A DNA stretch of 64,000 nt, from NCBI GenBank assembly GCA_976551045.1, contig CDPCPM010000026.1, forward strand, positions 7,936,001-8,000,000, read 5' to 3'. The notes under the pieces were generated by a model, which was given only the letters and a program-made list of their open reading frames with translations, searched no databases and was not told the DNA's origin. This DNA is from Glaucostegus cemiculus (Eukaryota). Below, in pieces: positions 63,096 through 64,000 of this stretch (position 1 is the first letter of the stretch; each line of letters opens with the position of its first letter). Both the position numbers and the translations under genes were made by a program.

Positions 63096-64000
63096 ATATA
63101 TCCTTTAGCAGGCCCAGGGAAATTCTAAAATAATGGACAATCTTCCGGCATGCAGAATCTTTCACAGACCGTCTCAGAATGCAGCAACAATAATTGTTAT
63201 ATGCTCCTCTTCTAAGAGCCACTGTAACTCAGAACAAAGGTCTGCTAGACAATAAATGAGGAATTATGAATGATTCTGTCCTCAATCAGAAACACAGGAG
63301 AACCCCTTTGTGTAATACGCAGCACAACATCTGCTATAAGATGGGGAGTGCTTGACTAATTAATTCAAGGACCAAAAGAGTTTGAATCCATGCAAGTCTA
63401 TGATTATCTGCATGACAGTAATCCAGAATGAAAATGGGACAAGTAGTGCACAAGTCCATTCCCGATTGTGCCTTGGATAATGATTTCAGCACTTTCTCTA
63501 CATCAAGTACAATGCAGACACAACCTTATGTTGGCTACCATTAAACTGAGGGATATCTATCTGATCAATGAGACATCTCCTTGGAAGATCAGATTCAAAG
63601 TCCCCTCAAGTTTGATGCATTTCAGTGTCACCAGGTGATGCCCATTTCAACTCCAACTTCATTTGATGCACAACAGTGCCCCACATTAAACAAACTGTTC
63701 AAGTTCAGCTGCACAACTAAATTCCCTCAGGCTTACTGGGTCAGCCTATTATAAATAATGTGGTAAATACTGTAGAGTGGTACCATTTCTGGACACATTT
63801 CATGAGCTGAAGCCAAATTATATAATTTGCAACAACCATTAAGACGATCACGGGCAACAATGACTGTCAACAAATTACTGCATTTAGCAGGTTGGCAGGC
63901 ATTTCTAACTCAATTATAGTGACACCTTGTTTGTTTCTATTGCAGGTAATATATTGTGCAGGTCACTGTCTGAGGTCACATCAGTGACCACAAGCCAGTT

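Noticed and set aside
63928-63955. Polypyrimidine-CAG|GTAAT motif resembling a recursive splice site
   Set aside because: It is on the plus strand, opposite to CHD9 transcription, and no plus-strand gene is evident.

Overview
This is AT-rich vertebrate genomic DNA, most likely from a cartilaginous fish (shark or ray), inferred from its repeat repertoire. It contains part of the chromatin remodeller gene CHD9 on the minus strand: the large first coding exon (CDS 60660->59119, 514 codons), a ~55.6 kb intron, and the next coding exon (3497->3157). The remaining exons lie outside the window. The introns are filled with decayed and nested retroelements (CR1, RTE, L2, Rex1/Babar, Penelope-like elements with hammerhead-ribozyme relics), at least three SINE families, a Tc1-family derivative made of two inverted 3' ends, and a Tigger/pogo-like MITE. 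Almost all other ORFs in the track are noise, antisense shadows or transposon remnants. The best leads are a candidate internal CHD9 promoter/first exon near 6.4-6.8 kb carrying a short Cys-rich ORF, a uORF-dense CHD9 leader, the double-3'-end Tc1 element and the Penelope hammerhead relics. No clearly new biological system can be proven from the sequence alone. Family assignments are from recalled motifs, and repeat boundaries are approximate.
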